A stretch of 64,000 bases of DNA from an uncultured candidate division Zixibacteria bacterium (lineage in GTDB: Bacteria > Zixibacteria > MSB-5A5 > UBA10806 > 4484-95). Where the stretch lies: contig CAXXKA010000010.1 in the NCBI GenBank assembly GCA_963668625.2, forward strand, positions 64,001 to 128,000, written 5' to 3'. Below the pieces are notes generated by a model. The model was not told the origin of the DNA, searched no databases, and saw only the letters and a program-made list of their open reading frames with translations. Shown in pieces: positions 60,069 through 64,000 of this stretch; position 1 is the stretch's first letter, and every line of letters begins with the position of its first letter. A program made the position numbers and the translations under genes.

Positions 60069-60194
60069 TTAACTATTGGGAAGCGGAGTGGGCTTCGGCT
60101 GCTTATCATGCTTTTCTTTTGTTTTTTGATCCTTTTTACTTTTTTTCTGTTTCTGACTCTTGTCCCTATCCTTTTTCCCGCCTTTGTCACCCAT
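60069..60194 (-). CDS. 41-aa lysine-rich small protein (not in the ORF track)
   Basis: AAAGGAG 7 nt before ATG; MGDKGGKKDRDKSQKQKKSKKDQKTKEKHDKQPKPTPLPNS*. Confidence 0.6.
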   Translation of the reverse strand: MGDKGGKKDRDKSQKQKKSKKDQKTKEKHDKQPKPTPLPNS

Positions 60195-60677
60195 AGTGTA
60201 ACTCCTTTCGGTTTGCTATTTAGCGTCCCGCCGCGGGGTTTGCAGCCAAACCGCTATTACTGTAAACGCCTATATTTATTAGGCTGAAGGCTAAAATGAC
60301 ATTATTCGATATCCTTTACTATTAGCGTAGCGTGTCAGGCAATCGATGTCAACAAGAATCATGAATAATAACTAAAACTTTATACTTTGTTTCAAAACCT
60401 GGGGGATAAATTACAAGTAATCATAATTGAATTAGGATTTAAACTTTGCTAAGCAAAAATTATCTGGCTTTCAATAACCAATGAAACGTATTGGGAAAAG
60501 AGTAAAGGGTGAATGATTTGGAATGATCCACCACTTAATTCAACGATTTTTAATCCCAAATGGGCCGATCCGTTGACGGTCATGCAGAGATATCTGAGGA
60601 GCTATACCATGTAAGCTCGAAATTCACTCGCCAATTTATCTACCCGACACCTTTAAAACTGATTAGCATTATTGAAT

Positions 60678-60932
60678 CACTAGTGTCCGGTCTTTTCATC
60701 TCGTTGCGAAGCGCTGCTTCGCAACGTGGCTTGTTTGCCGGCAGAATGCGCATTCTACATGATTCAAGAAGGTTTCCAAGCAGCGCTTGGAAACCAGAAA
60801 ACCAAGCCTAACATCGGCAGGATATGTCAGGATGAATGATACGCTGAATAAAATAATTATATCGGAAAATATTTTTCATTAACAATTCCAAGGAGAAATT
60901 TAAAATTTAACGAAAAACACCGGACACTAGTG
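60678..60932 (+). mobile_element. MITE copy 3 (best preserved) with 9-bp target-site duplication TTATTGAAT
   Basis: Perfect 13-bp inverted ends CACTAGTGTCCGG/CCGGACACTAGTG; TTATTGAAT at 60669-60677 and 60933-60941. Confidence 0.9.
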
Positions 60933-61142
60933 TTATTGAATATAAAATAAGTTTCTCAAAAAACATTTTCATATTATCGTTTTGATCATGTGGCAATTGG
61001 TAATCCCGGATACCGTTTAAACATATTAATTCGACCTAATCCTAAAAGTATCTTGACTTTTGCCTTGGCTGATCTAACTTATAAAGTAGTCCAACTAATT
61101 AGGACAAATCATTGACGCCTGATATGAAAATGAGGAACCAGT

Positions 61143-63449
61143 ATGGCATCTGTTATTCGGTATTATGAGGGAATCGGCTCCGTTGCCGTAATCGGCAATT
61201 ATCTGCCTCGCCTGTGCGGTATAGCGACATTCACGACTGACCTGGTTGAGGCCTTAACGGCAGAAGCACCTGATATTAATTGCTGGGCGGTTGCCATGAA
61301 TGACAAGCCCGAGGGGTATGCATATCCCGACAAAGTGCGATTTGTAGTCAACCAGAACAGACTTGCCGATTACGGTGTGGCCTCGGAGTTTCTCAATATC
61401 GGTCAGACTGATATTGTCTGCGTGCAGCATGAATACGGTATTTTCGGCGGCCCGGCTGGCAGCCATCTTTTAAAACTTCTTGGTGAACTTCGCATGCCAA
61501 TCGTGACAACGCTGCATACGGTATTAAGAGATCCCGCCCCGGAGTATCGTGAGGTCATGCGCAAGCTGGCTGACCTGTCCGATAAACTAATCGTGATGAG
61601 CCGGAAGGCTTTCGATTTCCTTCAAGATATTTATGGCGTGCCGAAGGAGAAAATCGCCTTCATTCATCATGGCATTCCCGATATGCCTTTCATTGATCCC
61701 AACTTTTACAAAGATAAATTCGGGGTGGAAGGTAAAAAGGTACTTCTCACATTCGGTCTTCTTTCCCCCAATAAAGGTATTGAAAGTGTGCTGCAAGCAC
61801 TGCCGTCCATTATTGCAGAACATCCCGATGTCACTTATATCATCTTGGGAGCTACACATCCGCATATTATAAAAACGCATGGGGAGGAATATCGTATCAG
61901 CCTGCAGCAGCTCGTGCGCAAACTCAATATCAGCAATCATGTTATTTTTCATAACCGGTTTGTCGAACTGAAAGAGCTGTGCGAGTTTCTCGGAGCCGCT
62001 GATATATACGTAACCCCTTATCTTCAAGAATCCCAGATTACATCCGGGACGCTTGCCTATGCTATGGGAACCGGAAAAGCGGTTATTTCAACCCCGTACT
62101 GGTATGCGACGGAGATGCTTGCCGAAGGAAGGGGAATAATTGTTCCATTCAAAAGCCCTGATGCTATAGCGAAAAATGTCATCGATCTTTTCAATAACGA
62201 TATGAACCTGCAAACGATACGCAAGAAAGCCTATATATTTTGTCGCGAAGCGATCTGGAAGGAGGTGTCCCGAAGATATCTCGAGGTTTTCAGCGAAGTT
62301 CAGCTCAATCGCTCCCAGCACCCCCGTCCCCGTTACTTGTACATTGAGAACATCAAATCCATCACGAATTTCGATCTCCCGGAGATGAAGCTTGACCACC
62401 TTAAAAGCCTGACCGATGATACCGGCATCTTACAGCATGCCACCTATACCGTTCCGGACCGTGACCATGGCTACTGCACCGATGACAATGCCAGAGCGCT
62501 GATGGTTACCGCTATGGGCCGGGAATATCTCGATACGAATAACACGCGCCTCAATTCGCTCAGTAACCGTTATCTCGGCTTTCTACTGCATTCCTTCAAT
62601 GCCGAGAAGGGGAGATTTCGTAATTTCATGACCTATGATCGGCAGTGGACTGAAGAGGTGGGATCGGAGGATGCTCATGGCAGAGCGCTCTGGGGTATTG
62701 GCAAGGCTGTTGATTTTTTTGACAATCCAGGACAGATGGTAATGAGCATGACTCTCTTCAATAAAGCGATAAAATCCGTGGAGAACTTTAAATCGCCCAG
62801 AGCTATCGCTTTTGCCCTGGTGGGCATTCACGCCTACCTTGATAAATTTTCAGGCGACAGTGAAGTGCGAAGAGTTCGGAAAATCATTGCAAACAGGCTT
62901 TTCGATCAGTTCAAAAATAATGCAACAACAAACTGGCCCTGGTTGGAGAACGCTTTAAACTATGCCAACGGAAAGCTGCCACATGCCCTGCTTTTATCCG
63001 GTCAATGGATGCAGCGTAGTGACATGGTAGAAATGGGGCTCAGATCGCTTAAATGGTTGCTTGCTATCCAGACCGAAGATAATCACTTTGTCCCAATCGG
63101 CAACAACGGATGGTATGAGAAAGGCGGCACAAAAGCCCGATTCGATCAACAACCCATCGAGGCTAATGCCATGATCGGAGCTTGCGTTGAGGCCTTTAAT
63201 ATCACCCTGGATAAAACCTGGATCGACAGTGCTGTCATGTGTTTCAGTTGGTTTATTGGCCACAATGATCTGAATATGTCGCTTTATGATCCAAAGACCG
63301 GCGGTTGCCGGGATGGGCTTATGGCTGACGGTATCAATCAGAATGAAGGCGCCGAGTCAACCCTTGCCTGGCTGCTTTCGCTTATGACTTTACAGAATCT
63401 CCATGCCAACGAGATTCTCAGACAAGCATCATCCCAATTAGACGATTAA
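61143..63449 (+). CDS. GT4 glycosyltransferase fused to a C-terminal helical glycoside-hydrolase-like domain
   Basis: PRLCGIATF, QHEYGIF, NKGIE, SGTLAYA; C-terminal GYCTDDNARAL, SEDAHGR, FDQQPIE, GGCRDGL, NEGAES. Confidence 0.85.
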   Translation: MASVIRYYEGIGSVAVIGNYLPRLCGIATFTTDLVEALTAEAPDINCWAVAMNDKPEGYAYPDKVRFVVNQNRLADYGVASEFLNIGQTDIVCVQHEYGIFGGPAGSHLLKLLGELRMPIVTTLHTVLRDPAPEYREVMRKLADLSDKLIVMSRKAFDFLQDIYGVPKEKIAFIHHGIPDMPFIDPNFYKDKFGVEGKKVLLTFGLLSPNKGIESVLQALPSIIAEHPDVTYIILGATHPHIIKTHGEEYRISLQQLVRKLNISNHVIFHNRFVELKELCEFLGAADIYVTPYLQESQITSGTLAYAMGTGKAVISTPYWYATEMLAEGRGIIVPFKSPDAIAKNVIDLFNNDMNLQTIRKKAYIFCREAIWKEVSRRYLEVFSEVQLNRSQHPRPRYLYIENIKSITNFDLPEMKLDHLKSLTDDTGILQHATYTVPDRDHGYCTDDNARALMVTAMGREYLDTNNTRLNSLSNRYLGFLLHSFNAEKGRFRNFMTYDRQWTEEVGSEDAHGRALWGIGKAVDFFDNPGQMVMSMTLFNKAIKSVENFKSPRAIAFALVGIHAYLDKFSGDSEVRRVRKIIANRLFDQFKNNATTNWPWLENALNYANGKLPHALLLSGQWMQRSDMVEMGLRSLKWLLAIQTEDNHFVPIGNNGWYEKGGTKARFDQQPIEANAMIGACVEAFNITLDKTWIDSAVMCFSWFIGHNDLNMSLYDPKTGGCRDGLMADGINQNEGAESTLAWLLSLMTLQNLHANEILRQASSQLDD

Positions 63450-63464
63450 TATAAAGGATTGGCT

Positions 63465-64000
63465 ATGCGTATTGCGATGCTCTCACCGATTGCCTGGCGC
63501 ACCCCGCCGCGACACTATGGCCCGTGGGAAAGTGTGGTCTCCCTTCTAACCGAAGGATTGGTATCACGCAACCATGACGTTACTCTTTTCGCAACTGGCG
63601 ATTCGATAACAAGCGGCAAGCTACATGCCGTATGTGCGCGGGGATATGAAGAAGATCATTCCATTATACCTAAAGTATGGGAGTGCTTGCACATTTCAGA
63701 ACTTTTCGAGCACGCAGAGGAGTTCGACATTATCCACAATAATTTTGATTTTCTACCATTGACCTATACCAGCTTTATTACCACGCCGGTTGTTACCACC
63801 ATTCACGGCTTTTCATCGCCGGGGATTCTGCCGGTTTACAAGAAATACAATAACAAAGTGTTCTATGTTTCCATCAGCGAAGCCGATCGATCGCCGGATC
63901 TTGACTATATCAAGACTATTCATCACGGCATAGATATAAATCAGTTTGATTTTCAGCCGGAGCCGGATGATTATCTGCTTTTTTTCGGGCGTATTCATCA
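63465..64000 (+). CDS. GT4 glycosyltransferase, 3'-truncated by window edge
   Basis: AAAGGA RBS; MRIAMLSPIAWRTPPRHYGPWE...VTLFATGDS...FDIIHN...TTIHG...IHHGID...LLFFGRI; open to the window end. Confidence 0.85.
   Translation, partial: MRIAMLSPIAWRTPPRHYGPWESVVSLLTEGLVSRNHDVTLFATGDSITSGKLHAVCARGYEEDHSIIPKVWECLHISELFEHAEEFDIIHNNFDFLPLTYTSFITTPVVTTIHGFSSPGILPVYKKYNNKVFYVSISEADRSPDLDYIKTIHHGIDINQFDFQPEPDDYLLFFGRIH

Noticed and set aside
60218-60246. GCAAAC...GGGACGC resemblance to a c-di-GMP-I riboswitch (minus strand)
   Set aside because: No GNRA tetraloop and no receptor-bearing second stem; kept only as an unclassified structured leader.
60024-60287. 87-aa hydrophobic ORF on the plus strand
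   Set aside because: Its Phe/Leu richness mirrors the Lys-rich minus-strand microprotein, which has the strong RBS.
60560-60811. 83-aa ORF (also 33328-33702)
   Set aside because: Runs through MITE sequence; no RBS or protein motif.
60680-60930. Reading the MITE as an IS630-type element with a TA/CTAG target
   Set aside because: Extending each end by 2 bp gives longer inverted repeats and exact 9-bp duplications in two copies, which fits better.
1-64000. CRISPR arrays, tRNA, rRNA, integrases or transposases
   Set aside because: No spaced direct-repeat arrays, cloverleaf or rRNA signatures, or recombinase ORFs were seen by eye.

Overview
Gene-dense chromosomal window from a diderm (outer-membrane) bacterium. 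Its genes suggest an anaerobe with oxygen defences; a lineage such as Zixibacteria is my unverified guess from lipoprotein style. In order it carries: a 5'-truncated PEP/pyruvate-binding (PPDK-like) protein fused to a nucleotidyltransferase domain; envelope proteins; an oxidative-stress region (ahpD-like, rubrerythrin, perR-katA-bfr); a ~20 kb purine/pyrimidine catabolic cluster (hydA/hyuA, ygeW, mocA, two xanthine-dehydrogenase-type trimers, a PreT/PreA-like pair, ade, ssnA, ThrC-like, CysK-like, ygeY, xdhC); fabF; cydAB; a sensor-less kinase, response regulator, amt and TorF-like porin; a TonB-dependent receptor and lipoprotein behind a Pho-box-like repeat; a serine hydrolase; a YejM-like sulfatase; a MarR-RND efflux system; and two GT4 glycosyltransferases. 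The best candidate for an undescribed system is the purine cluster. It resembles the anaerobic 2,8-dioxopurine (urate) pathway but lacks ygfK and ygeX/dpaL. In their place it has a PreTA-like pair with an altered substrate pocket and unusual Fe-S ligands, plus two PLP enzymes with altered active-site motifs. Also notable: a ~254 bp MITE in three copies (13-bp inverted ends, 9-bp target duplications, internal REP-like hairpins) and an unannotated 41-aa basic protein with a structured leader. I saw no rRNA, tRNA or CRISPR array. All family calls come from motif recognition by eye; no database searches were run.
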